Of a stretch of DNA of 55,290 nt, positions 8,399 to 19,900 are shown piece after piece (the stretch's first letter is position 1; each line of letters starts with the position of its first letter). The notes under the pieces are model-generated. The model saw nothing but the letters and a program-made list of their open reading frames with translations. It searched no databases and was not told the origin of the DNA. The DNA is from an uncultured virus (IMG/VR IMGVR_UViG_3300021127_000003) (taxonomy: Duplodnaviria; Heunggongvirae; Uroviricota; Caudoviricetes), in IMG/VR virus record IMGVR_UViG_3300021127_000003; one strand, written 5' to 3'. A program made the translations under genes and the position numbers.

Positions 8399-10699
8399 AT
8401 GAGTGATATAAGAATACCGATAAATTTAAATAATAAAAATGAAAAAGTTGTAAGAGTAAACTTAGAACAAGAGTTTGAAACTCTTGATGTTTTGAGTTTG
8501 AAAATTACAAGTACCGATGCATATAGAAGAATGTGTTCGGATTTTGGTGTTATTGTCGGTAGAGTTACATTAACAAATGGATTTGGGGTTCAAAATGCTA
8601 AAGTTACTGTATTTGTACCAATATCTGCTGACGATCAAGAAAGACCAGAAATAACACAACTATATCCATTTACATCATTGACAGATACATATCCAAATGG
8701 TGTAAGATATAACTTGTTACCAAGAGTTAGAGGTGCGAACCCAAGTCATAGAGCGGTTGGTAATTTCCCTAATATAAATGATTTTGTTCATTATCCACAA
8801 TCTGTTGAGGTTTTTGAAAAATATTATAAATATACAACCATAACTAACCATGCTGGTGATTATATGATATTTGGTGTACCATTAGGTAAACAAGATGTTG
8901 TTATGGATTTCGATGTTTTCGATACAGAATCATTTGATATTTCAGCTAATGATCTTGTACAATTAACAACAGTTAATAATGCGTTAGATAGTCTTGGTAC
9001 ATTAATAAGTGCATTTGGTACAACAACAAGTCAAACAGTAGATCCTAATAAAATACCAGATTATACCTATTACGGTAATAACAACTTTGCTGTGGAGATA
9101 AAGTTGGACATATCATCTATGCCAAATATATTTCATGGGCAAAAAACAATTAACGTTGCACCATTCTGGGGTGATGATAATTTTTGCGATGTGGGTATAA
9201 CAAGATGTGATTTTACAGTCAATTTTAAATACACGCCGTCAGCAGTATTTTTTGGTTATCTTGATTCTTTGTCAGGTGGATTTACTATTGATTCGGCAAC
9301 ATACAAGATGGCACAATTACAAGATAACACCAAAGCATTTCCAAATCAACCACAGATACTTGCAACAGATTCATCTCTTGGATATATGAATGGTGATATT
9401 TATCCATTCCAAAATCCTAAAGTTGTTGTCTATAAATTGGCGGATGATGGGGTGAGTAGACAAAGAACTGGTGTATATGAATTATCTGTTAATAATGGTA
9501 TATTTAGATTAGCATTACCAATGTATGAGGATTATTATTCCTATAATGAGTTTGGTGATCTTTTACCATCCAAAGATAAAAAGACAGGTATTCCTACAAA
9601 AGGACATTATACATTTGAATTTTATGAAAATTCCGAATCATGGTACGGTAGAAGACAACCAGAGGGCTGGTATTCCAATCCAATATTACCTGGTTTTAGA
9701 GTTCCATCAACAAATGATGGAGATCCGAATCTTGGTGGTTGGAATGATATATCGACTTCTTTATTCGAATATGATATACACGATAGAAAAAGAAGGTTTT
9801 ATACATTAAAAACAACTTATTATAAACATACAATTGATGATGTTAGGGAATCAGGTAATTATGTATCGTGGTTTCCGTATACAAGTCCGTATAAAGTATC
9901 TAATGACATCTATTGGAATTATCCAGTTGATTTCAGAGATATTCCAAATATTACAAATGATACAAATAGTATTGATATAATTGGTTCGGTTTTAATGCCA
10001 AGGATAAAAATTGATTTACAACCAACAGCATATCCATATCCTGCACCAAATAGTACCGATGATATAATATCACCAGCTGCAATTATTAACATACCATATA
10101 TTGATGGTTCGGTTACATATAACACACCAATAAAAGAATACGAAAAATACTTGGGTATTGGTGTTGGATTGAATGGTGTTAATTCAGGGGATGTTTTCAG
10201 AGAGCTATATAGTGCAGGTAGTTTTTTTAATTCTAATGGCGTATCCACATACGGTCAAAACCTAACATGGGATTATGGTGACAATACAACATTACCAGCA
10301 CCATTTTTGACTGGTTATGCTTTGGAACTTCAAAATGTTGTTGGTTCCACAGCGAATTCTTATGGTATACAGAATCCATATACTCAAGCCGTAAATTTAC
10401 AATATACATACGGCCCTTTTATAAATTCAGTTGAAGATATCTTCTTGACAGAATTTATGGATTTTAATGTTGTTGATATTACAGATGATCTTGATGTGTT
10501 AATATCTAATGGTGTTTATTCTTCATTCAGAAAAGGTGACATTACTCAGGCAGAAACCGATTATTCAAAATCAATCAATTCGTTTTCAACAACTAACTAT
10601 AAAGCTAACTTATTCAATAACAATTTCTATTATTTTGGAAGATTTGAACCAAATAATGCATTAAAAGATATTGAATTATATTATAAAGTTAAGAAATAA
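8399..10699 (+). CDS. Putative virion structural (baseplate-region) protein
   Basis: Long ORF in the structural operon; N-terminal GVIVGRV...GVQNAKVTVF and TN..GDYMIFGVPLG resemble a carboxypeptidase-regulatory-like beta-sandwich. Confidence 0.6.
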   Translation: MSDIRIPINLNNKNEKVVRVNLEQEFETLDVLSLKITSTDAYRRMCSDFGVIVGRVTLTNGFGVQNAKVTVFVPISADDQERPEITQLYPFTSLTDTYPNGVRYNLLPRVRGANPSHRAVGNFPNINDFVHYPQSVEVFEKYYKYTTITNHAGDYMIFGVPLGKQDVVMDFDVFDTESFDISANDLVQLTTVNNALDSLGTLISAFGTTTSQTVDPNKIPDYTYYGNNNFAVEIKLDISSMPNIFHGQKTINVAPFWGDDNFCDVGITRCDFTVNFKYTPSAVFFGYLDSLSGGFTIDSATYKMAQLQDNTKAFPNQPQILATDSSLGYMNGDIYPFQNPKVVVYKLADDGVSRQRTGVYELSVNNGIFRLALPMYEDYYSYNEFGDLLPSKDKKTGIPTKGHYTFEFYENSESWYGRRQPEGWYSNPILPGFRVPSTNDGDPNLGGWNDISTSLFEYDIHDRKRRFYTLKTTYYKHTIDDVRESGNYVSWFPYTSPYKVSNDIYWNYPVDFRDIPNITNDTNSIDIIGSVLMPRIKIDLQPTAYPYPAPNSTDDIISPAAIINIPYIDGSVTYNTPIKEYEKYLGIGVGLNGVNSGDVFRELYSAGSFFNSNGVSTYGQNLTWDYGDNTTLPAPFLTGYALELQNVVGSTANSYGIQNPYTQAVNLQYTYGPFINSVEDIFLTEFMDFNVVDITDDLDVLISNGVYSSFRKGDITQAETDYSKSINSFSTTNYKANLFNNNFYYFGRFEPNNALKDIELYYKVKK

Positions 10700-10700
10700 T

Positions 10701-12464
10701 ATGGATAATTTAACAGAAGTATTAGGACAGTATAAAAGCACGGCAAACTCAAATGTTGATTTGAGTACAAGACTTATATTGGAACAACCGTCATCTAATA
10801 CTATAGAAACAAATTTATTTCTTGAGATTAGTCAAGACAGCCAATTTATATTAGAAAAACAATCCTCTAATAATTTTAGAATATATGGTAAAATTAACCC
10901 AATCATTAATACCAATCCTGTAAATAAATCATCCAAACCAGTTGCGGTAACACCAATAACTATCAATAGAAACTTATTGGATTTTACAAACCAGAATTGG
11001 AGTGTTGTGTTGTTACAACCTATTCAAGATAACGGATTTAAAGGTCAAAAAATATTGAATAATGTTAAAAATGATGTCACATACGATCTAAATAATGGTT
11101 TACCTGCTTTAACAAAAACTCAAAGTCTTAAAGATAATACAGCTGGTTTTTTATTATATCTTGGTCATAATTTTTCCCAAGGTGACAGTGTGTATATAAC
11201 AAATACAGATCCAAATAATGCTCAATATTTAGGTTCAGGTATATATGAAATAACAAGTGTTAATGGTAATCTTATAACGGTTAACGCATCATTTAATTAT
11301 AATAAATTTATTACACCAACCAAAGTATATTCACCATTGAATAATGTTGCTTTGATGAATGCTGAAAATGGTTATAACAATATAAAGGTAAATGTTAGTC
11401 CAAAAAAGCTACAATCATTTTTAATCAATAATACTCAAAAAGTTTCTACTACAACAACTAACACATTAAAATTTAGTATAAGAAATATAGATTTTAATTT
11501 TACACCTGTAGATATAGAAAACTTTGTATCAAATAGACCAAGTATATATAAAGTTGCAAAACCAAGTTATTTCATAAGAAAAATACAAAACAATGAAATA
11601 TTAGAATATTATGTGAAGAAAGCACAGGTTTTGGCGGTTCTTGATAATTTTGATGATTGTGCATTTTCCCAATCAACTTACGGTAGTATTAATAAAAATT
11701 TCATTTTTAAGCAAACAATAAATACAGATTTATTAAGAGATAATTTAAATTATCCATTAAATAATTTGTATATAGGGGTATTCAAAAACGGTAGTACAAG
11801 CGATGCAACTTTTGGTGATGTTGAAGCAAATTTTTATAATTTAATAGAATTCACAACAGATTCAGATGGTTTTGAAATGGTATCGCCAGCTAAAACCACG
11901 TTATTAGCATCAAAGCCTAAAGTTGGTGATATACACATGATATCATTATGTGAATACAGTCTTGAAAATTTAACAGAAACCGAAATAACACCTATGTATC
12001 ATAGATTTATACATAATGATGTTCTATTTCACTATAATCCGTTCACAAATATAACAATAAAACATTTATCGAGCTATGTTGAAACTGGTAATAATGTATT
12101 GAATATGCCAGATTACGCATCATATAGTTTAACCAAAAAAACATATTTATGGAGGGATCTTTATGATATTGGCGTTGCTGATGAAAATGGTGTTACTGTT
12201 GATTTTCCATTCATGAATAATTCATATTATGTTTTTAATAATATTAACTTTATTTTGAATATTGAAAAAAATAAAACAACAAAATACGATTTGAATATCA
12301 ACGATATTAGCCAGGCCGATTTATTGAACAATGGCGGAATAAATGATTTGAACAATCTTATAAATGATTTAAATTCTATAACTGATACACTAATTGGTGA
12401 TACAACAAACCAACAAAACCTTGATAATAATCCATTCCAAACATATACAGATAAACCATGCTAA
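10701..12464 (+). CDS. Putative virion structural protein
   Basis: Asn/Thr-rich ORF with C-terminal WRDLYDIG..D.NG..VDFPF.N; ATG at 10701 directly follows the upstream stop (track start 10671 is TTG). Confidence 0.55.
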   Translation: MDNLTEVLGQYKSTANSNVDLSTRLILEQPSSNTIETNLFLEISQDSQFILEKQSSNNFRIYGKINPIINTNPVNKSSKPVAVTPITINRNLLDFTNQNWSVVLLQPIQDNGFKGQKILNNVKNDVTYDLNNGLPALTKTQSLKDNTAGFLLYLGHNFSQGDSVYITNTDPNNAQYLGSGIYEITSVNGNLITVNASFNYNKFITPTKVYSPLNNVALMNAENGYNNIKVNVSPKKLQSFLINNTQKVSTTTTNTLKFSIRNIDFNFTPVDIENFVSNRPSIYKVAKPSYFIRKIQNNEILEYYVKKAQVLAVLDNFDDCAFSQSTYGSINKNFIFKQTINTDLLRDNLNYPLNNLYIGVFKNGSTSDATFGDVEANFYNLIEFTTDSDGFEMVSPAKTTLLASKPKVGDIHMISLCEYSLENLTETEITPMYHRFIHNDVLFHYNPFTNITIKHLSSYVETGNNVLNMPDYASYSLTKKTYLWRDLYDIGVADENGVTVDFPFMNNSYYVFNNINFILNIEKNKTTKYDLNINDISQADLLNNGGINDLNNLINDLNSITDTLIGDTTNQQNLDNNPFQTYTDKPC

Positions 12465-15028
12465 CATCAGTATTAAATAATATAGATTTGAATGTTGTTG
12501 CCAATATAACAAATCAAGATCAAAGTTCGGATACGGATTTTTATTACCAAAATCTTTTGAATAAAGCTGGTGATAAAACAATCAATGCTATTTTTGACAG
12601 TGAGATATATAATTTTAAACCCAAATCTAACACTATAAATTTATTTACATATTTTTTGTCATTTAAAAATATGGATTTGAATCCAGATATAGTTAAGAAT
12701 ATTGAACCAGCATTCTCAACATATTTGAGTTCAGCTAAGAGTATATTAGATACTAATATTACTATATTGAACCCATATGAAATTAAACAGGATAACAATA
12801 ATTTGGCACCATTAACACCACTTGATGCTAATTTAACACCACAACAAATCAATATCACAAGACCATATTTAGTTACTAATCCAATCGAGGAGTTTATAAA
12901 AATTAAACCATTACAGAGTGGTTTACCATTATTTTATGATTCTTTTACATTTCCATTTTCTCAAAAAATCGAAACGTGGAAAAATGATATAAATGGTTTT
13001 AGTAAATCGGCTTTCCTATATAACTCTTTTTTGACTATGGAATTCTATACAACACCAATTCCAACAACTCAAAAAAGAATCATGTTTATACCAATTTTTG
13101 TTAATGATAGATATATGTATCATGAACAATCTGTAAATGGGATTTATCAAGCAAGACCATCGTTCTCTTTAATCGATGGAGTGGAAGGATTCTCAATTAA
13201 TTTTTTGAATAGTTATACAACACAAAGTTTTTATGTGAAGTTCAGTTTTTGGGATGCTCTTTCTGGTAATAAAATTCCATTAATCCCATCTTCAATACAT
13301 AGTCCGCAAAAAAAAGGTGTACAATCTCAAACAACTTTTAATCACAAAAATGAATACTTGAATTATAGCTTCAATTATAATAATAAAACATATGGTATAT
13401 ATGAGTATAACGAGGCTATTGGTGATTATATAATTGAGGCATATGATATTGATCTTTACCAATTATATTACGATGATTATTGGGCTGGTAAACTTGTACC
13501 TAATACAAGACCTATAAATTTAAATGAACCAATAATTACCACTGTTGATAATACACGAATATTCAAACCGTCTGTTAATAAAACAAATATTCAAATACCA
13601 GATACTAAGCAGTTATTGTATTTAGATAATGATCAAATAAATAATTATTTTTCCCAAATATCTGATTTTGATTATGATGTTAATATAGCAAACAGAAGTA
13701 TTGGTAAACATACTGTAATTAATGATGATAAAACATCTGGGTTCATAAAAACAACATTAAAGAATAATTTGGTGAATAATCAATCATGTATATCCATCAA
13801 AAAAATGTTCCCTTTTACAAATAAAATTATTAGTTATCAAAATCTTGGTGAAACAACTATAGATGTAAATTGCTATGAACATTTGATAGATAGTATAAAA
13901 ATAACAAATAATGGAACTTCAGATAGTTTTTATATAAATAAATTGTCACTTAGTAATTGCACTATAAATCATAATCCATTACAATATCTTGATAATTACC
14001 AGTTTCCAGGTAACACCCAACAAATTGTTTTTAATGATAATAACGTCTATTCAATAGACAAATACAATAAAAAAAGAATTATTGCAGAATCATATATTAC
14101 ATATTCTGATATATATACTACAAAAAATAATCTTTTTTCAGATCAATTTACTGCTTTCATCTCAGACGATTCTTTGATAAATACGTATAGAGAAGATTCA
14201 AGTGTCTTGAATGGGTTGGCAGATTATATAAATAAAAATTATTATAAGTCAAATGATGAAAATTATAATTGGGTTTATTATGTAATCCCAAATGGCCAAA
14301 CTTTACAAAATCTTATTGATGATGCAATTCAAACCGCAACAATGGATAATGAAACTTATTATAATAATATCTTTAATATTGACCTAACAGATTTGAATGA
14401 TTTGAATCGATTGTTTGATTATTATTTAAGTAGTGATAAAATGTTGCAGAAACTATTTTTTCTTGTATATGGTGGTGATAATATAATAGGGTATAGTGAT
14501 TATATCTTAAATAAATTTAAAACTAATTTTCCTGGCTTTGTTAACTTGACACAACATTTGTCAAATGATATCGATTTTACATCGCTTAATACTAATTATA
14601 GTAACTCTGATTTGACAAAATATTATGAATTCGAATATAGAAATTCAGGAATTACAACTGGTAGTACGTTACAAGGTCTTACCGATTATATACATGGTAG
14701 TACGTTACAAGGTCTTACCAATTATATACAAAACAATATAGTTAAAGATACCAATAATTATTCAGTGCAATCAGAAATTGGTAATCTTAGAACTTTCATG
14801 TTGGGTATAACTGCGGAGTACGAATTCGAAAATACCACATCAATAAAACCAAATGATAGTATAGATATAAACCTTAAATTTTTTCTTGGTGAATTTGCTG
14901 CATACTTTATTTATAACCCATATAATGAAATTACAATAACAGCTAATCTTAATTTGGAATTGAAAGATTCGGTTAAAAATAAAATGGAATATACCATCCC
15001 AATAAATTATACACTTAAATTGAGCTAA
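12458..15028 (+). CDS. Hypothetical protein, probably structural
   Basis: 856-aa ORF overlapping the upstream stop, within the structural operon. Confidence 0.55.
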   Translation: MLTSVLNNIDLNVVANITNQDQSSDTDFYYQNLLNKAGDKTINAIFDSEIYNFKPKSNTINLFTYFLSFKNMDLNPDIVKNIEPAFSTYLSSAKSILDTNITILNPYEIKQDNNNLAPLTPLDANLTPQQINITRPYLVTNPIEEFIKIKPLQSGLPLFYDSFTFPFSQKIETWKNDINGFSKSAFLYNSFLTMEFYTTPIPTTQKRIMFIPIFVNDRYMYHEQSVNGIYQARPSFSLIDGVEGFSINFLNSYTTQSFYVKFSFWDALSGNKIPLIPSSIHSPQKKGVQSQTTFNHKNEYLNYSFNYNNKTYGIYEYNEAIGDYIIEAYDIDLYQLYYDDYWAGKLVPNTRPINLNEPIITTVDNTRIFKPSVNKTNIQIPDTKQLLYLDNDQINNYFSQISDFDYDVNIANRSIGKHTVINDDKTSGFIKTTLKNNLVNNQSCISIKKMFPFTNKIISYQNLGETTIDVNCYEHLIDSIKITNNGTSDSFYINKLSLSNCTINHNPLQYLDNYQFPGNTQQIVFNDNNVYSIDKYNKKRIIAESYITYSDIYTTKNNLFSDQFTAFISDDSLINTYREDSSVLNGLADYINKNYYKSNDENYNWVYYVIPNGQTLQNLIDDAIQTATMDNETYYNNIFNIDLTDLNDLNRLFDYYLSSDKMLQKLFFLVYGGDNIIGYSDYILNKFKTNFPGFVNLTQHLSNDIDFTSLNTNYSNSDLTKYYEFEYRNSGITTGSTLQGLTDYIHGSTLQGLTNYIQNNIVKDTNNYSVQSEIGNLRTFMLGITAEYEFENTTSIKPNDSIDINLKFFLGEFAAYFIYNPYNEITITANLNLELKDSVKNKMEYTIPINYTLKLS
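14659..14730 (+). repeat. In-frame 36-nt tandem duplication (2 copies, 1 mismatch)
   Basis: TGGTAGTACGTTACAAGGTCTTACC(G/A)ATTATATACA x2, encoding GSTLQGLTDYIH / GSTLQGLTNYIQ. Confidence 0.9.
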
Positions 15029-15031
15029 GAT

Positions 15032-16021
15032 ATGCAAATATTAATAGGAAATACAGATTATAATATCTTAATTGGTTTGGAATCAGTTGTATCAATAACT
15101 GGATCATATATTAATGCTAATAAATTGACAATTGATACAATAGAAAATATGCTGGATAAATCATATAATACAGCAATTTCACCAAATAGATACGCATTAG
15201 ATAAATCGGTTTTAAATAGTTATACAACAACACAAAACGATAGTGCCACATTAAACGTAAAAGTAGTAAACCAAACTACCGTACCAGCAAGTTTAACAAC
15301 AACACCTGTAGACTTAAAATCATATGAATATATTAAAAATTATTTTAATACAACAAAGTATGTTTTTGTTACTGGTACAACCACAAGTAAATTTAGTAAC
15401 CTATATAATTCTTATTCGGATATCGATTTGGATGTAAATAACCGACCAAATACAATTTTGATAACAAATTCTTCTGGGGCAAATTTTTATAATTCTGCAA
15501 ATGTGGTAAAATCTGTTGATGTAAATTCACCATATAAATATAATACTAATTCTGTCAAAGGATTTTCTTCTATAAGTCAGTTGAATAACGCTGTAAATTC
15601 ATCCAAAACCCAGACAAATACAAATACGACATCAAATTTGAAAAAAATACATGTTCCTATCAAAATATCTGGTACCGACCAATATGGTATGATTTTGAAT
15701 ATTGGCGATTATCTTGAATATGTTTTGTATATTGATTCTAACTATCCTATAAAATATATTGATTTTCCTGATGGAACAACTACCTTTATGTATAGACGAG
15801 CTGACGACACTCCGCAAAATAATGCAAATGTTGTTTTATATCCTGGATTAATTGAGGAACCTAAAATCTTTAATCAAGTATTTATTGATAGAGGTGTAAA
15901 TAACGCTTTCGAACCAGTTATAAGACTGAAAAACGTTAAATCGGTGTCAGAACTTATGAAAATTGGTATAAATTATTATAAAATGAATTCGCAAGGGTTC
16001 AATTTTAAAAATGTAAAATAA
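15032..16021 (+). CDS. Hypothetical protein, probably structural
   Basis: 329-aa ORF in the operon; C-terminal EPKIFNQVFIDRG. Confidence 0.55.
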   Translation: MQILIGNTDYNILIGLESVVSITGSYINANKLTIDTIENMLDKSYNTAISPNRYALDKSVLNSYTTTQNDSATLNVKVVNQTTVPASLTTTPVDLKSYEYIKNYFNTTKYVFVTGTTTSKFSNLYNSYSDIDLDVNNRPNTILITNSSGANFYNSANVVKSVDVNSPYKYNTNSVKGFSSISQLNNAVNSSKTQTNTNTTSNLKKIHVPIKISGTDQYGMILNIGDYLEYVLYIDSNYPIKYIDFPDGTTTFMYRRADDTPQNNANVVLYPGLIEEPKIFNQVFIDRGVNNAFEPVIRLKNVKSVSELMKIGINYYKMNSQGFNFKNVK

Positions 16022-16041
16022 AATATAAAAAATATTTTAAT

Positions 16042-16941
16042 ATGGCGATAGGAGTTTATGGTGTAAAAAGACCAGCAGATGTGGATCCGATAGATGTTGA
16101 GGTTATAGTAATTTACACGCCAACCAGAAATGCTACAGAAAACCAAATAATTACAAAATTAAATGGTAGTGATGTTTTGACACCAGTTTATAGTAATTCA
16201 ACGCTTGGTGGCACAAACGTTGAAGTTTTAGGTGGATTATACAACCTTAAACTTCCAGTAACAACATTCAATGCTAAAGGATTTTATACAATATATGTAA
16301 GACCAACTCAAATAAGGGTTACAATAGCTGATTGTGCCCAACTTGCAACATATTCGGATGTACAAGGTTTAGTTTTCGATAGAAACTCTGTACCAACTGA
16401 ATATATTAGTAAATTTACTAATAATGGCCTTGATGGTTATAGAGTAGAATATTTAAATGCTGATGGTACTAAAGTTAGAAATCTTTATAGAATTATAACA
16501 TCCTCATTTATATCTGAACCAGTACAAGTAAATACAGCTAATTCTTCTCAAAAAAGCATTAAATACATTTACAATAATACAGGTAATATGTTATTTTGTA
16601 CTGTAACACCTAATGCAGCCCCAAGTTTTAAACCTACAGCGACCCCTTTTATTGGTAAAAAAGGTCAAAGTGTTATTATAACAAATACCAATTTTGCACC
16701 AGAAATATTTGAGGTTGAGCTTGTAAATTATGATCTTGAGTCATTGGCTATCGCACTATACGGCGATCAAACAAAATCTATCGATGATGGTATTTACACG
16801 TTATATGACTCAAATAAAAATATATATGCCCAATACGATCTTTATGAAATTAGAGACAATTTAAATAATAAATTATACGAGGTTAGACGTAAAAGAACAA
16901 CTATAGATAATTCGAAAGCTTATAACAATATTATACAATAA
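16042..16941 (+). CDS. Putative virion structural protein
   Basis: 299-aa ORF (MAIGVYGVKRPADV...GGLYNLKLP), TAATG-coupled to the next gene. Confidence 0.55.
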   Translation: MAIGVYGVKRPADVDPIDVEVIVIYTPTRNATENQIITKLNGSDVLTPVYSNSTLGGTNVEVLGGLYNLKLPVTTFNAKGFYTIYVRPTQIRVTIADCAQLATYSDVQGLVFDRNSVPTEYISKFTNNGLDGYRVEYLNADGTKVRNLYRIITSSFISEPVQVNTANSSQKSIKYIYNNTGNMLFCTVTPNAAPSFKPTATPFIGKKGQSVIITNTNFAPEIFEVELVNYDLESLAIALYGDQTKSIDDGIYTLYDSNKNIYAQYDLYEIRDNLNNKLYEVRRKRTTIDNSKAYNNIIQ

Positions 16942-19900
16942 TGGCTGACTTGAGTTTTAGTAGTACACCAATAATTGGTGATTTATTTGATACCGCACAA
17001 GAGGCGCTTACACGTTCAGCCGAATTAGGTTGTAGCGGTTACAGAACTTATATAGTTAACGGTCAAACAAAATATGTACCATGCTCAACATATCTTGAGT
17101 ACGATAAAACATTAAGATATTACGTTCAACAAGGTAAACTTGCGGCGTTCGGTAAAGACGTTTTTGGTGATAAATTGGTTGGTTTACAATTTGCTAACTC
17201 AACAACTGAGGTAGATAAAGGAGATCCTTTTTTTACTCTTGGCAATTTTACACTTGGTAAAAGTTATATTGTTCAAAACACAACTGCAACACAAGTTTCT
17301 CAAGCAGACCCAACTCAAAAGTTCACAGCCAATATTATAAGTCAAAAGGCTGGGATAAATTCATCACAATTAGTTGATTTTGTAAACAACAACGTTCAAA
17401 GTAATCTTACCGCAACAATATTGTTTGACAAACGCAAACTTGAAAACTATGTTTTATTCTCATCGTTAAAAGAGAGAATAAAAAATACAATTATTGAAAT
17501 CACACAAGATTTCCCAGGCGGTATCAAAGCGTCACCAATTTCAATATTATATCCGTCTGTAACTAATTATGTTAATTTAACAGCAACTAATAGAGCAACA
17601 TTCAAAGTTAATATAGGTAATCTGTTTAACCCATTTGGAATTGATTACACATCAAAATCACTTACAAAAGTTGACGATCCTACGCTTACCCCATTGAGAA
17701 ATTTCGGTAAAAATTACACAGATTTTGTAATTTATTACAATGGTACAGAATACCCAATCATTAGTGTATCACTACCAACATCTACATCTGATTTAGCTAA
17801 TGGTTTGGTGATTACAACCAACGGAAGGCCATTCTTAGATAAATTAAACACAAACAACGAAGCAAACGTTCTTTTTTATATAAAACCGTCAGCTGAAAAA
17901 TTTAATGAATTTTTCCAAAATATATCAGATCTTGGACAATTTTTATTGAATTATGATGAAACAACACAAGCATACAAATCTGAATTTGTTGTGCCTGAAA
18001 CAAATGATAATGGTGATACTGTATTGAACAAAAGAGCAATATATTTTCCAGTTTATGATGAAGTAAACGTAAATTTATTTGATTCTAAGTTTGATGATTT
18101 TTTAACACAACTAAATACAATATCAGACGACTTCGATGCATATAAAACAAATTTAATATCAAGATTTTTAACAACGGACTCTTTAAAAGATTTTGATACA
18201 GTAGATAAAAAAGCACAAATTATTTTCAACTTATATGGTAGATACTTTGATGACGTTAAAAGATATGTTGACGGCTTAACCTATATGACCAATTTAACAT
18301 ATGATAAGGTTGAAAATATCCCAGATGTTTTAGTAAAAAACTTTGCTCATATGTTAGGTCTTGAAACTTTTGAAATAGAAGATCAAGATACATTAATACA
18401 ATCATTTTTTAACACATCGGATTATAAATTAGTTTCAGATATCACTCCAGTTGAATTAGATATTGAATTGTGGAGAAGAATTGCTATTAACGCATTTTAT
18501 TTATTTAAATCAAAAGGTACCAGAAAATCGATAGAGTTCATTTTAAAAATAGCTGGTATCCCTGATTATATAACAGAAATAACTGAATATGTTTACTTAG
18601 CGTCAGATAAAGTTGATCCGATTGATAAATTGAACAAAATCTATAATTTATCAGATGTTGTAGATCCTACATATTTACTTGGTGTATATCCTTTTGATGG
18701 AGATGGTTATCCTACAATACCATCAAATGTTGCATTTCAAGAATCTGGCGGATATTTGACACAAGATTCCCAAAATGTAGGGCCTTATGACTTTGGTAAG
18801 AAATATCTTGATGCGTTCAGAAATTTTGATAGTGTAAAAGGTTTTGATATATTTAGAACCATTGATAACCAAAAATCATGGGTTTATACTGAAACGCCAT
18901 TGTATAGAGAAAATGACTCTGATGCATACTCAACTTATTATTACGAACAAGACTCAAGATTGTCTATCAATACAAAAGAACTTGAGGTTTATTTGTCAAG
19001 TGATAGAATTATAGACCACACAATATACAAATATTATGCGAGTAATAATATTAATATTGATTCAACATTGAGCACTGGATATACAAATCCAATAACACCG
19101 AATTCAATAACATTTAATCAATATCTAAGAGAGGTATTAGAAAAATACATACCTGTAGAGACAAGAAAAACGATTGTTACATATCCAACTTTATCAAAAA
19201 TTTATTTTGATTTCTTGAAATTAAGTGGAGATTATGTAACAAATGCTAAAGCTCTTGAGTTCCTTGGGTTGTTTGATACTCATTGGGTTAACCTTATACA
19301 ACAGTTTATTCCAGCAACATCAATAATTAATACTGGTAAAAAGATAAGAAATAGCTCACATCTTGATAATAAATTTGTTTACAAACACGGTGAAAATAAC
19401 GATTTAGCTTGGTTAGGTACTGAAGGTTCAGAATTCCAAACGACTGCTAAAAAACCAGTTTATGAAGGATCTTCAGCTGTAAATTCAGTTGGAACATTAA
19501 GACAATCAATCACAGCAACACCAATTAGTGTTGGTTTGGAAGGTTTAATCGGTAAAAAAATTAAAGGTATCGATCCAACAATCAACCAATATTTCGGTGT
19601 TCAATATTCCAATTCAGAATATTGTGGTACAGGATTTAATTTTTTCAAGTGGATTTCAAATAAAGATTACACAACATCTGATTACAAAGGTAACATTACA
19701 AGTCCTTCAGGTGCCACAACATCAACAAGTTTATTGTATAATTTAGATACAACAAAACTTAGAAGATATGGTGTATTTGTAACATATCATGGAGAATTAT
19801 ATCGTCTGAACACGGTTGCTGCTATAAGAACTTATGCGGCAAATTATCCTTTTGGTACATCATTTTATAATAGTGTCGGTACAATTGAACCATTAACAAC

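Noticed and set aside
14659..14730. Diversity-generating retroelement TR/VR pair
   Set aside because: The copies are adjacent and only 36 nt with one mismatch, and there is no reverse transcriptase in the window.
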